44,701 nucleotides of DNA from Octopus bimaculoides (Eukaryota), in assembly GCF_001194135.2 (NCBI RefSeq), contig NC_068992.1, positions 53,193,826 to 53,238,526 on the forward strand, written 5' to 3'. The notes below the pieces were generated by a model. It worked only from the letters and a program-made list of their open reading frames with translations. It was not told the DNA's origin and did not search any database. This document shows positions 24,594-38,489 of this stretch, piece after piece. Positions within the stretch are counted from its first letter, which is position 1, and every line of letters starts with the position of its first letter. The translations under genes were made by a program, and so were the position numbers.

Positions 24594-25730
24594 GTTTCCA
24601 TGAAATATGTCATTCATAATACACTGATTTATTTATTCCTATCACGCCCACTCTTAGCATATCATAGAAACATATTACTGACAAATAAATACGGTATATT
24701 GTTTGATTTGTTCATATGTGTTTTCGGGTTGTTGATTAAGCATACATCTATAACTCCCCTGTGCATTAAAGGACATAGAAAATTGCAATCGTGAGGCAAC
24801 GGGTGGATTGAGAGAGATTGGCTTCTATTTCTGGCTTTAGAATATGTTCTATAGTTTCTTTTGTTGCATTATTAAATGTCAAATGTATTGTACAGAAAAT
24901 CGAATACAGAATATCAGATTATAAAATAACAATATACAAATCAAACGGGTAAAATTTATTACATTAGAACAATCTAATATGAATACACTTGAACATGGCA
25001 AGGGCCATACTAGTCTCTTCTTGCTAACAATACTAACAGAAATTTGCAAAATATAGCGTTGCTGGTGAAGTTTTATGTTCAGTAAATAGGGTTTCTTAGT
25101 GTACGTTAGTGGTGGAAGTGTACAAAATAAAATCTTCCTTAAGACTATGGCGCTTTTCACTATTAAAATCGCTATCGTTTGCTTTATAGATATACCACAC
25201 AACACATAAATAAATCATTATATTCCTGCAAAGATACACACAGAATTTATGTATAAATGTATGTATATACATGCCTCAGTGTGTGTGTATATATTTATAT
25301 TTATGTATTTATGTATGTATGTATGTATGTATGTATGTATGTGTGTATGTATGTTAGACAACTTGTATGTATGTAGGAACGTATTTAAGTATGTACAGGA
25401 CGCCACTAACGACCATAAATTTTATGAACATTATATCATGTAGAAAGTAAAATATTATCATTAAACGTGTATGTCCTTTATTCAACTTAGCTTAACACAG
25501 AAGAGACTGTCTCTTCTATACCTCATACACGTGTAAATTCAGCATTATCACACGACGTATATAAATATATGTATAGGCGGACGATAAACGATGATGATGA
25601 TATATATATATGTTTATATTCATGTGCGTGTGTGTGTGTGTGCGTCCGTGTGTGTGCGAACGCGCGATGTGTCTGTACCCGACTTTATGTATTCACATAG
25701 CAACAGGGTAGGTGTTTCTACTGCCAAATC

Positions 25731-25777
<47 letters not shown>

Positions 25778-25971
25778 GCGGATAAAATCCAAAATTACAG
25801 GTAAAAACTCAATTAAAATATATTTATTAAAAATTGAAATTAAATTAAATTTCACAGTATAAAATATATATAAATATATAGTATCAGGATTACTCGTTTG
25901 GCTTTCTGAATGGACTCGAGCAACGTAGATTCACATGTTTTACTCAAAATCACGGCGCATCGCTCGGCTTC

Positions 25972-26026
25972 GTAATTGAAATCATAAACTTACGATAACG
26001 AGTGCAACATTGTAACCACTAAGCTA
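25972..26026 (-). mobile_element. Remnant tRNA-like SINE head
   Basis: The minus strand reads TAGCTTAGTGGTTACAATGTTGCACTCG...GATTTCAATTAC, with a good box A and a decayed box B. Confidence 0.35.
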
Positions 26027-26029
26027 CAC

Positions 26030-26064
26030 ACCTACATACACATACACACACACACGCACACACA

Positions 26065-26140
<76 letters not shown>

Positions 26141-26160
26141 TGTGTGTGTATGTGTGTGTA
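26030..26160. repeat. Compound alternating purine-pyrimidine microsatellite (CA)n-(TA)n-(TG)n
   Basis: Read directly; the order of the blocks makes it self-complementary. Confidence 0.95.
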
Positions 26161-27363
26161 TACGTATGGTTTTATATTTCTACCTGATATCGCAACTGTT
26201 GCAATATAATAGATTTTCAGGCGATATATCACACCATGGCAGATTAATGAAAACAGAGTGATTATCGCATAAGGTTTTCAAAAATATGTTAAACCGACAG
26301 AAACAAACCAAACAGGCAAAGAAAAAAACTCATTGTATTGCCTTGCTACAAGTTACTGCATCACATATGCAGACTGTTGATTGATATCTGTATACACAAA
26401 ATTGCACAATATATAATTGTAAATTTTTCTATAAGGCGGATGTTTCGATGCAAAACTGAACAGTACTGAGCATGATTTTATTGAAACATCAATAAGGTAT
26501 CTAGTAGGGAAGGAGTAACTTTTATATTACATCTAATTATTTATTTATTAAACACCATCACAGCAATCATGGCATTGAACCTGTTTCTTTATGGTGAAAT
26601 AGCCAACAGAATCAAGGCATCTATTTTGCTCAAGCAGACGATTTCTTCGTATTATTTTCTCTTTATATTAATTTCTTTGCAATAAAACGTATCGTTATGA
26701 TATGCTGATGGACATGTCTTTTGTTATTATTTATTGTTTTTATTTTTATTTTGTACTGTATGTATATTTTTGCAATATTGTATATTTTCATTTCTTTTCC
26801 TTCATTTTTTTTTTTTCAAATTTTTTGTCTTATATATATTTACATTTTAATGTATTATGTTATATTTTATGTTCAACGAAGTTCAGTATGAGATAAATGA
26901 AATCATTATCCGTTTCGGCAAATAAACATTACATTAAACATTTATTAATCTAGAGATAATGAGCTGCAGAAAAATAATAAAGAAATAAATACAACAAAAA
27001 AAAAGGAAAAAATAATTGGATAGGAATTTCTATAACGCCCACTTACAGAGACGAAGAAAAGAGAAACAAGTAATATCAAATCAAAATTTCAGAAGTCTTA
27101 TGGTTTGTATCATTTTCTCAAAATAACTTCAGGCCTATCAATATGAAAAAGATGTTATAAAAATCGCTATCGTTAAGACGATAGCTATTCTTTTATTCTC
27201 GCTTTCAATAATTGAATCTCCACTAAAGTAATGCAGAAAATGTATTTAACGCTCATAGAAAAGGTGGTAAGACCAAATAAATGTACATATTTATGAATGG
27301 ATTCTCAGGAATCAGGAATTTCATATGCTTCACTAGATAATGGTAACATGCGATGGATAGATG

Positions 27364-27396
<33 letters not shown>

Positions 27397-27438
27397 NNNN
27401 NNNNNNNNNNNNNNNNNNNNNNNNNNNNNNNNNNNNNN

Positions 27439-27515
<77 letters not shown>

Positions 27516-27594
27516 CAAAAATAAGCGGATTTCAAAGATGGTGCCTAAACATAAGTACCATATTCAATCTTGAATCTAAATCTAAACCGTCTAT

Positions 27595-27658
<64 letters not shown>

Positions 27659-27660
27659 TA
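27439..27660. repeat. (AG)n grading into (ATAG)n, with a second (ATAG)n array about 85 bp downstream
   Basis: Read directly: 27439-27512 and ~27595-27660. Confidence 0.9.
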
Positions 27661-28730
27661 GATAGACAGACACGGACACACACACACAGATAAGATAGAT
27701 AAGGAAAATAGGTCAAGGTAGAAAAAGCTAAAATAATTTTATCATGAAGAACATTTTAGTAGCGGTTCCAGTCTTTACGACATTTCAACAGTGAAGCAGG
27801 TAAATCTATTAAATTGTGAAAAAAATTATACATTTGTACATACATATATACATATGTGTATATATGTATATGCATTTATTCGTGCATGTATACTTTTATG
27901 TGCATGTTTTTTTGTGTGTGTGTGAGTGCGTGCGCGTGTGTGTTCATATATTATTTTTAAGGAAGAATATTACTGACCGTAACTTCGAAGTTTTGACCTA
28001 CGAAATTAAAGCCATCGATCAGAATAATGCCAATTTTTGAAAATTATTATAACTGAACAGTAATATATGTTTGTGTGTGTGTGTGTGTGTTTGTGACTGT
28101 GTGTTGTCTGTGTGTGTGTGTTTGCGTCTGTGTGTTGTCTGTGTGTGTATATATATANNNNNNNNNNNNNNNNNNNNNNNNNNNNNNNNNNNNNNNNNNN
28201 NNNNNNNNNNNNNNNNNNNNNNNNNNNNNNNNNNNNNNNNNNNNNNNNNNNNNNNNNNNNNNNNNNNNNNNNNNNNNNNNNNNNNNNNNNNNNNNNNNNN
28301 NNNNNNNNNNNNNNNNNNNNNNNNNNNNNNNNNNNNNNNNNNNNNNNNNNNNNNNNNNNNNNNNNNNNNNNNNNNNNNNNNNNNNNNNNNNNNNNNNNNN
28401 NNNNNNNNNNNNNNNNNNNNNNNNNNNNNNNNNNNNNNNNNNNNNNNNNNNNNNNNNNNNNNNNNNNNNNNNNNNNNNNNNNNNNNNNNNNNNNNNNNNN
28501 NNNNNNNNNNNNNNNNNNNNNNNNNNNNNNNNNNNNNNNNNNNNNNNNNNNNNNNNNNNNNNNNNNNNNNNNNNNNNNNNNNNNNNNNNNNNNNNNNNNN
28601 NNNNNNNNNNNNNNNNNNNNNNNNNNNNNNNNNNNNNNNNNNNNNNNNNNNNNNNNNNNNNNNNNNNNNNNNNNNNNNNNNNNNNNNNNNNNNNNNNNNN
28701 NNNNNNNNNNNNNNNNNNNNNNNNNNNNNN

Positions 28731-28761
<31 letters not shown>

Positions 28762-28808
28762 GTGTGTGTGAGCGAGAGAGAGAGAGAGAGAGAGAGTGAG
28801 AAACAAAC

Positions 28809-28839
<31 letters not shown>

Positions 28840-29929
28840 GAGAGGGAGAGAGAGAGATATTATGTGTGTATAGAATTTCGTTTATGTATTAATTGCTGTA
28901 CAAATTAATATTTTGTAAACAAAATTGATCAACCTACTGAAATCATGGTTTGTATTAGATTTATTGAATGAGAAATTACAAATGTTATAAATTATGAACC
29001 TCTAAATCTTAATGCAAATTGCCTTGTAAAATTTAATTTTGCACTTCCTTCTCCGATATTAATATGTACAAACACACTACTTATTATTTATTAGGCAATT
29101 TATATTTCTAATGTACATTTAATAAGCCAAAAAATGAAAATATAGCGACTAAGATCTGTCACAGAACAATAAAGTCTCTTTAAGAAATTGTTATGCAGCA
29201 ATATAAATTGAAGATTATCTACGCAACAATGTTTATAATTATTTAACTCTTTTGCATTTTAAAAATTTCTAAATATATTAAGAAGTATTTGTAGAATCTA
29301 ACCGCTGTACAAAAGAGTCAGGATATTAACTTCGTTGTATACGTTTCTAAGGAGACGTTGAGCTAAGTTGTTACCAGCATGGTATATGATTTATATATAA
29401 CCTCAAGGCTCTTTATGCTTTTTTTTTGTGGCGTTGGTTCTCTTACAAGTAATTTACTGATGAGGTAATAAGAACATATTGATGCTGTAGATGAATGTTT
29501 TTCGCAAAATGAAGATCTACAACACAGAACTTGCCAATTTATACGAGCCTGGAATAACTAGTGGTCTGACACACTCCCTTGTAACTCATGAACTAAAATA
29601 TATATCAGTCAGTCAGTCTCTCGCTTTCTCCCTCTCTCCCCCTCTTTCTCTCTCACTATACATATATATATATATATCATACACACACAAACTCACACAC
29701 ACACAAACACATATATATAATTTATCTTATCTTACAATTTTCAATAGCGCGCTAAAGAGCTGTAGACTCAATAAATAGAGTAGCTTAGATCAAAATCATG
29801 GAAAGCTATATGAAATGGCATATTTCCTCGGTTTAATCAACTCTTCTCTCAAAAAGTTAAAAACAGTATTTCGAAAATATGAACAGACTACACTTTAAGA
29901 TACTTTCGATTAAATCGTAGGTAGGGAAT

Positions 29930-29968
29930 TACAATGAATTTCAACTTAAGTACAATGAATTTCAACTT
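29930..29968 (+). repeat. Tandem duplication with a 21-bp period
   Basis: TACAATGAATTTCAACTT occurs at 29930-29947 and 29951-29968. Confidence 0.9.
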
Positions 29969-31297
29969 GAGTTGCAGAAAATGAACAAAATTATTTTTAT
30001 GAAGAACGAACTAAATGCAAATAGGTTACAAGTTGTCCAAACATACGATGGGATAACGTTTTTTCACGCTATCCGCTATAAGAACAACATATTTTTCCCA
30101 GAACTCTCTATCTGAAACTGGAAAAAAGACATTCGTTAATATTCCCCTCGTTAACCTAAAAATATGAATCGGTCAAACAGAGCCACTTCATGAAAGTATC
30201 TTAGAAAAATTACGAAAGTAAGCAACACAACCGCATTTCATTTTCCAAATACAAAATTATTATAAATACTATGTAGAATTTCAGAAAGAGAATTACCAAT
30301 ATTTATATATCTCCTATTATTTCTAACGGATCAATTATTTCTAACTGATTTAAGGAAAAGTAAACAATGAACGCTTTCTTCCATTTAAGTTTAATAAAAT
30401 GAATATTGAGAAATATATCTTAAAATACTACAAAAGATAAACATCCAGCTTTATTTTCATCAAAATGTTAGGTAATGGCACAATTAAAATGCCTACCACA
30501 TTATATTCTCTTAGTGCTTCACCTTACGCATGCTCAAAAGGATTCTCAAAGGAAGGTGGAATATAAGAGAATCAAATATTCGAGAAAACGTCTATCGAAT
30601 CGATTCTTTTCCCAAAAAGTTCTATTTAAATTGAAAATTTAAATTATAAACAATAAAACGAGCAGTAGTTATTCGTTTTTTATAATATATTATGCATACT
30701 CCCCACATTCACTACTCTAAATATCGCTTGTAAACCAGCAGAACATGTGGCACTTTAGAGCATGTAATTTATAATTCAAACATAATTGCAGAGTTGTTAC
30801 AATAAATAAGGAACTAATTTTCTCTCTTTCTGTCTCTTTCTCTCTCTCATTCTGTGTATAAATATATATGTGTGTATGCGTGTGTGTGCATATATATANN
30901 NNNNNNNNNNNNNNNNNNNNATATATATATATATATACAGAGATAGAGAGAAAGAATGTGAGATAGAATATAAGTTTACATGCTTCCGGTTGCCACATCG
31001 TACACTATTTATTCTTGCGTAGGGAACCTCACGAATTTGTATGATAAATATGCACTGCTAACGCATGTTTTGCTACACAAATTGGTATATTCTGCTAATG
31101 TGCTCATATCATTTTTCATTTGTGATTACAAACAATTTTCCCTCAATATGGATATCCTTAATACATATCCCAAGGTGCCAACAAAGTGAAATCCATCTAG
31201 AAGCCTCTGTTTCATTTAACTGGTTTAAACGGAAGATCTATGTCGCAACTATGTCACAACATACATATACACACTATACATACATAAAAGCATATAC

Positions 31298-31335
<38 letters not shown>

Positions 31336-33744
31336 AATACACAATCACATATATCTACAACATGCGTGTGCGTGTGTGTGCATGCATATGTGTGTGTCTG
31401 TGTGTATCTGTCTGCTTGTGTGAGTGTGTATTATAAAGGGATTCCATTTTTAAATCCGTCTCAAAGTCATCTTTGATTTCTGAATTAAGCCCTCGTATGA
31501 TCTTATTTGGCATTAGACGTAAGCCGTCACCTACTTAACACCAACACGACACACGTTACATACAATATCTTGGTCCTAACTAAGAGTTAAAATTCTACTT
31601 TCTTGCAAACATTCTCACCAAGAATACGTTTCTCCTTCCAGCAGTCTTGGAGATTATTACGGGCCATAGACATTACGTTCCTTCTAAGAGATAACACTCA
31701 ACAGGTGTCTCTCATTTCCTTGTAGTTTCGGTTCATATATATTAAATTTCATCGAATTCATAAATTACGTTGGGGGGAAAACTATATGTTACTCTAAATA
31801 TGATGTAAAATAAATTCGATTTGCTCTTCCTGAGAATACCATTTTCTTTATAATCCAGGTAGTAAAAAACTGTCAGATCAACTATCCAATAGAATTATGA
31901 ATCGGAACTTTTGCGTACCATGCTTACATAATATTTTCTTCATATTAACTATAGGATATAACCATGTTCTTTCTGCGATTTCAATCAGTAATGAAATGTT
32001 GATCTTTATTTTGAATTCATATTTTCGATCATACAAAATCAAGTTATTTTCTATATTTAATTATATGTATAATCTCTCGTTATGTTATGAATGTACGTTG
32101 AAAATTTATTATTGACCGGAAGAAAACTTGTATTTGTAAGCGTGGGTCCGAAGAATATTCTGAAAGCGTGATCTTCATTTTCTAGGTTTTTCCATAATAA
32201 TTTCCTTTTATTTTAGAATGTCGGTAATTTTCGTAGAAAATATATCCATATATCTTTGATGTAGCTATATTACTTTCTTGCAAGCAGTCATACCTAACAT
32301 TTATCTAACATTTCTGTTGAGGTCAATTTGCTAGTCGAAAACAAAATGAGTTCAAAATTTATACAGAATATGAGAAAACCAAATCTTGTGTATATTGTTG
32401 CTGTGTATATTGCTGTTATTTAGCTCCACCACAATTGAATCAGAGCTGAAGATCCAAACTTGAAATTTAAGTCATTTTTTCTATGACCATCCTGTCTTTC
32501 TTGTTACGATACTTAATCTACTTGTCACCTACGATATTTGAGATAGTAGGGCGTAGTATGTAGGATGTTTGGTTGCTTTTTCTAGTAGTTAGAGTGATCT
32601 TATATAGTTACTAATTCTTTGGCTGCATCTATGTAGTTAAAGATTTGAATTAGGGACGATAATACATTTCTTATAATTTTAACGTATTCGGTTGCAAGTC
32701 AGAGTAAGATATTAGCTACACACATTTGAAAATATTGCCAATAATGAATATATTAATAAGGCACGTTTTAGCGGGAATTGTGTTCATTAAGAGAGAAAGA
32801 ATACATAATAACATACACATATAATAGTAACGTATGAAAATGCTGGGAAGACCTGCATTCATTTCATTTGACAGCGTAAATGAGTATAATAAATACGTAT
32901 TCATAGGAAATAGACGCATTAAGAACAGCTGCTTGCGTTTGTTAAGTGAGCACACATGAGGAAATGAATAAGATATTAGTAAGGATCACACATATGAATG
33001 GAGAATCTATACCTTCCTAATGAATGAATATACAAGGTAGGGGATGTGACTGTTAATAAGGACATCAAGCACCATTATCAACCGCCCATCTCTGTATCGT
33101 CTTTCAAACATCATGTATCAGTCACCGCATTAGAGATATTACTGTATGTTGGTAAACGTATATTGGAATTCACATCTTCATAAGTTATGCAAATGCATAA
33201 AACTTCTACGAGGGAAGTTAAATTTGTTGCTCTCAAATACACGCATGCAAACACGCGTGTACATGTGTGCACGCTCGTTTGTGTAATTCGATGCAGAAGT
33301 TAACGAGGAATATTGTCGTTTCACCTGATTTCAACATCTTTCCAAAACCTCATTCTGCCATCGAAAAACACAAGGAGGCACTTGAATTTATAATCATTGA
33401 TACATTGTGTATCGATACCAACACTCGAATGTATTAGTCTGGAAATATTAGCTGTTCGTACGATATGTACGATATATAAAGGCATGTAGAAAATATGTTG
33501 GAGGTTTCTCTGATCCATTTGCAAATGGATGTCGTAATGGTGTAAAATGGTAATATAATTAATCATACTCTATTTGCCGAATAGTTCGTATACGTTTCTC
33601 AAATAATTTTAAATATTATATTGAGTGAATAAAAATATGCCTTTGTAAAAGTTGTAACTTCTTCAATCTCCAACGCGGGTATTCTAAATTACACATTTGT
33701 TTCTGATATAAATTGTTTCGTGAACATAAGTGGGTATGATATTG

Positions 33745-33815
<71 letters not shown>

Positions 33816-36722
33816 ACAAAAAACAATATTCAAAAGCTTAAGGTACAAAATAGTTCATTTGCTTCAAACGTCTTACGTCTTACAATATACATGGACAAAG
33901 TTTTTTTTTTTTCTGCCATGCTCCGGAGTGTATGAAACGCACATGGTAAAAACTTTGAAAAATATAGTTCAATCTTAGAATTGACAAATAATTTATAGCA
34001 TAAAACATTCGCTGTCAACTTCTCTGCCTTTTCAGGGATAGGGAAGAAATGTCCGTTCACCGAAAATTGAACGGAAATTGTTAACTACTTTTTGTTATCT
34101 CATTCAGTACATTTTGTCATCTAAAGACAATGATACATTTCAATATGCTCGAATGGAAGAAACACAGAAGCAAATCAGCACAACAATTTATGGGCATATA
34201 TATCTTGTTGAAATACGTAGTTACATATTAATGGATGTAACAATGAAAATGTATAGATTACCAAGGTCGGATGACAATTTTTCTTGCGTTTTTCAACACG
34301 TATTTTGAAAAAAATAATTCTAAACCATGCAGTTTGCTACAATAATCAGTATTCTGCTCAAGTATTGACTTAACTCTATTTCTGAATTCTATAGAAAAAC
34401 AAAACACACAGTGATTACCCAATGGCCCAGATCTTTATAAATCTCCGAGAACAATGTTGTGATACAAAGAACAAATGCATTGACAGTATCTATGCGGGTT
34501 ATTTCAATTTATTATGCTCATGTTCCATCGAATCCAGGTGATCCGTTTTCCTCTTTCTTGTGGATAAATACATTACAAGTAATAATGTACTTCAATCAAT
34601 CGTATGGACGAATATTGCTTGCAAAATGAACGTCGGTGGTGAAAACATATACATATACAGGGAGAGGTATACACATAAATATAAATATACAACTAACGCA
34701 CGCACACAAACCTCGTATACATACATGTATATATNNNNNNNNNNNNNNNNNNNNNNNNNNNNNNNNNNNNNNNNNNNNNNNNNNNNNNNNNNNNNNNNNA
34801 TATATATATATATATATATACATAGATATACTACACACTTATTTACATCGCACTCGCATTCCTATGTATAAACGTAAACATACAGTATCATATACGGGAA
34901 GACCTCTCTACATATACAAACTCAGACACACACACACTCGCACGTACACACACACATACAAACACACGCTTACATATACATACACACACGGACATATTAA
35001 TGTATAAAGCAATAAATGATATACGTAGACACTTAAAGATGGCTCTCCAAATCAATAGCTTGTTACTACATCGCTTGAATGACTGCCAAAATGCTTTGCA
35101 GTCGGTCATCTTTCTGATGTGAGATACAAGCTTTATATCATAAAATATTAACCATCCGATATATTGCTTTCAGTTTCCATTAATAATAAAGATATGCCGT
35201 TTACCTCCATCATAACCTATAGAAACAATGGTGTGTAATGTTGTGTATGCGTGAATATGGGTGTATGTATATGTGTATGGATGTACGTGTTCGTGTCTTT
35301 TTATTTGTGTGTCATATATAGATATACGTGATGCAAAATTGACCATATTGTAAGATATTAAAATCCTGTTCGCGCAAACGACGAATTTTTATCTGGTTCC
35401 GCTGAAGCCACTATTTTATTACTTAATGTTGCTCTATGGTTGAGATGTCTCCCTAAGTCAGAAAGTAAAGGTACGAAAATGGCAGCACTAAAAAGACGTG
35501 AAACAACAGATGATATATATATATATATATATATANNNNNNNNNNNNNNNNNNNNNNNNNNNNNNNNNNNNNNNNNNNNNNNNNNNNNNNNNNNNNNNNN
35601 NNNNNNNNNNNNNNNNNNNNNNNNNNNNNNNNNNNNNNNNNNNNNNNNNNNNNNNNNNNNNNNNNNNNNNNNNNNNNNNNNNNNNNNNNNNNNNNNNNNN
35701 NNNNNNNNNNNNNNNNNNNNNNNNNNNNNNNNNNNNNNNNNNNNNNNNNNNNNNNNNNNNNNNNNNNNNNNNNNNNNNNNNNNNNNNNNNNNNNNNNNNN
35801 NNNNNNNNNNNNNNNNNNNNNNNNNNNNNNNNNNNNNNNNNNNNNNNNNNNNNNNNNNNNNNNNNNNNNNNNNNNNNNNNNNNNNNNNNNNNNNNNNNNN
35901 NNNNNNNNNNNNNNNNNNNNNNNNNNNNNNNNNNNNNNNNNNNNNNNNNNNNNNNNNNNNNNNNNNNNNNNNNNNNNNNNNNNNNNNNNNNNNNNNNNNN
36001 NNNNNNNNNNNNNNNNNNNNNNNNNNNNNNNNNNNNNNNNNNNNNNNNNNNNNNNNNNNNNNNNNNNNNNNNNNNNNNNNNNNNNNNTATATATATATAG
36101 TTATTGTGTTCTGCAGCTTGCCTGTATGACTTGTTTAACAAGGAAACAAAACGAAGCAATTGTGTTTCGTCTTAAACAATGCTAATTACCAACAGAAAAA
36201 GCAACACAAGTAGAATAGGCAGATATTATTAACTAACTTCGCTCTATCAACTTACAAACACAGACATAGAGTCATGCATATGTATATTATGTACATTCAC
36301 GCGCATACATACAATATAAGAAAATATATTATAATAATTCTCTCCTACTTGTATTACAAGCACATCTGCTTGCAATTTTCTATTCGCTCGTCTCCATTGT
36401 TTTTATCTCTTTAGCCGTTTATATTTGCACATCATTGATTCTTTGATTCATTTATTGCCCTTGTGTTTCCAAATTTATTTCATAAAAAGCAAGTTGATCT
36501 ATCACCCAGTTTCATATCACCAACTGAATTTCGTTTTGCATTATTTAACTTATTGCATGGATTCAGACCTGGTATCCAGACTGAGTGCGAGAAAAATTCA
36601 CTAGTTATCGGAAGTACTTGAAAGGATTTATTATTACTAACATTCTTCCTCTCATTAAAAAATAATTATAAAATAGCGTCAGGATGAATTTTTCGGTAAT
36701 TATATGTCAGTACCTTTATGAT

Positions 36723-36808
<86 letters not shown>

Positions 36809-37276
36809 NNNNNNNNNNNNNNNNNNNNNNNNNNNNNNNNNNNNNNNNNNNNNNNNNNNNNNNNNNNNNNNNNNNNNNNNNNNNNNNNNNNNNNNNNNNN
36901 NNNNNNNNNNNNNNNNNNNNNNNNNNNNNNNNNNNNNNNNNNNNNNNNNNNNNNNNNNNNNNNNNNNNNNNNNNNNNNNNNNNNNNNNNNNNNNNNNNNN
37001 NNNNNNNNNNNNNNNNNNNNNNNNNNNNNNNNNNNNNNNNNNNNNNNNNNNNNNNNNNNNNNNNNNNNNNNNNNNNNNNNNNNNNNNNNNNNNNNNNNNN
37101 NNNNNNNNNNNNNNNNNNNNNNNNNNNNNNNNNNNNNNNNNNNNNNNNNNNNNNNNNNNNNNNNNNNNNNNNNNNNNNNNNNNNNNNNNNNNNNNNNNNN
37201 NNNNNNNNNNNNNNNNNNNNNNNNNNNNNNNNNNNNNNNNNNNNNNNNNNNNNNNNNNNNNNNNNNNNNNNNNNNN

Positions 37277-37386
37277 CATTAGGTGTTTTCGCTTTTTAAA
37301 CACTACAACGCCCGGTCTGGGAATCGAAACTGCGATCCTACGACCGCGACTCTGCTGCCCTAACCACTAGGACACTGCGCCTCCAC
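37277..37386 (-). mobile_element. tRNA-derived SINE, family B, head; the body presumably lies in the gap
   Basis: The reverse complement GTGGAGGCGCAGTGTCCTAGTGGTTAGGGCAGC...TTTCGATTCCCAGACCGGGCGTTGT matches 38104 onward. Confidence 0.85.
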
Positions 37387-37403
37387 CATTCTTTCATAGT
37401 GGT

Positions 37404-37588
37404 TTATTATTTAACACACTCACCGGTAAATTTCCATTCATTTACTTATTTATTTTTCCTAGAATTTTCCTTTCGTCTTGCAACATTTTAAATAGTCGTT
37501 TATTGAAAAGGTTTGAAGACGCAAAGAAAATTTTAGGAAAAATAAATAAATGAGTGGAAACTTTACCGGTGAGTGTGTTAAATAATAA
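37404..37588. repeat. 185-bp near-perfect fold-back palindrome
   Basis: Arms 37404-37494 and 37501-37588 begin TTATTATTTAACACACTCACCGGTAAA and stay complementary, with a few mismatches and one 4-bp indel, up to a ~6-nt centre (GTCGTT). Confidence 0.95.
37500..37536 (+). ncRNA. Putative minimal type I hammerhead ribozyme motif (U3-A8 core variant), Penelope-type; mirrored copy on - strand at 37459-37495
   Basis: TTA-TTGAAAA-GG-TTTG-AAGACG-CAAA-GAAA-ATT-T-TAG gives a 3-bp stem I, a UUGANAA core, a 4-bp stem II, GAAA, a palindromic AATT stem III and a UUU cleavage triplet. Assigned by eye only. Confidence 0.45.
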
Positions 37589-38102
37589 GGCTCTAAAAGA
37601 GAATGACTTTCCCCAAACACAAGAAAATGTGTGTGTGTGCGTGTGTGTTTGGATGGCAATTAAGGCAATATAATTATCATGAGAAGCTGTAATTTACCAT
37701 TATCTCCTAAATAATTACTGTGTTGCTGCTCCTGCAACAGCCGCCGCCACCGCTTTCAATTTCACCTCCATGGCACATATAATTACTTACGTACTCCATT
37801 GGCGCGTTAGAAATAACGGCTGCTTAAATTAAATGAAAGCCGTATTGAATACATCACTCGTAAATACGCAAAAAGACAGGATGATCACGGCTGTAAACCC
37901 TTTCTTTTGTTGCATTACACTAGTTTAAATACAGCCCATGTGTTCGTTAGTTATGATGTAAAGTTACTTGCCTTCGATGTTACCCACTTTTATTTCGTAG
38001 AACAAACATAAATCCTACTGAATCAGCTAGATAAAAGAGCAAAAACCGGAGTCCATTAAATCAAACATTTCTAGAATATGGATTTCTGTGGTTACCACTT
38101 AA

Positions 38103-38489
38103 AGTGGAGGCGCATTGGCCCAGTGGTTAGGGCAGCGGCCTCGTGGTCATAGGATCGAGGTTTCGATTCCCAGACCGGGCGTTGTGAGTGTTTATTGAGC
38201 AAAAACACCTAAAAGCTCCACGAGGCTCCGGCAGCGGGTGGTGGCGAACCCTGCTGTACTCTTTCACCACAACTTTCTCTCACTCTTACTTCGTGTTTCT
38301 GTTGTGCCTGTAATTCAAAGGGTCATCTTTGTCACACTGTGTCACGCTGAATCTCCCCGAGAACTACGTTGAGGGTATCCGTGTCTGTGGAGTGCTCAGC
38401 CACTTTCACGTTAATTTCACGAGCAGGCTGTTCCGTTGATCGGATCAACTGGAACCCTCGACGTCGTAAACGACGGAGTGCCAACAACA
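38103..38489 (+). mobile_element. Full-length tRNA-derived SINE, family B, with target-site duplication
   Basis: Box A TGGCCCAGTGG at 38116-38126, box B GGTTTCGATTCC at 38159-38170, a short (CAA)3 tail, and a 9-bp TSD ACCACTTAA at 38094-38102 and 38490-38498. Confidence 0.92.

Noticed and set aside
25165-27175. Shared 15-mer AAAATCGCTATCGTT at ~25165 and ~27161
   Set aside because: About one such match is expected by chance in a window this size, and the flanks do not align.
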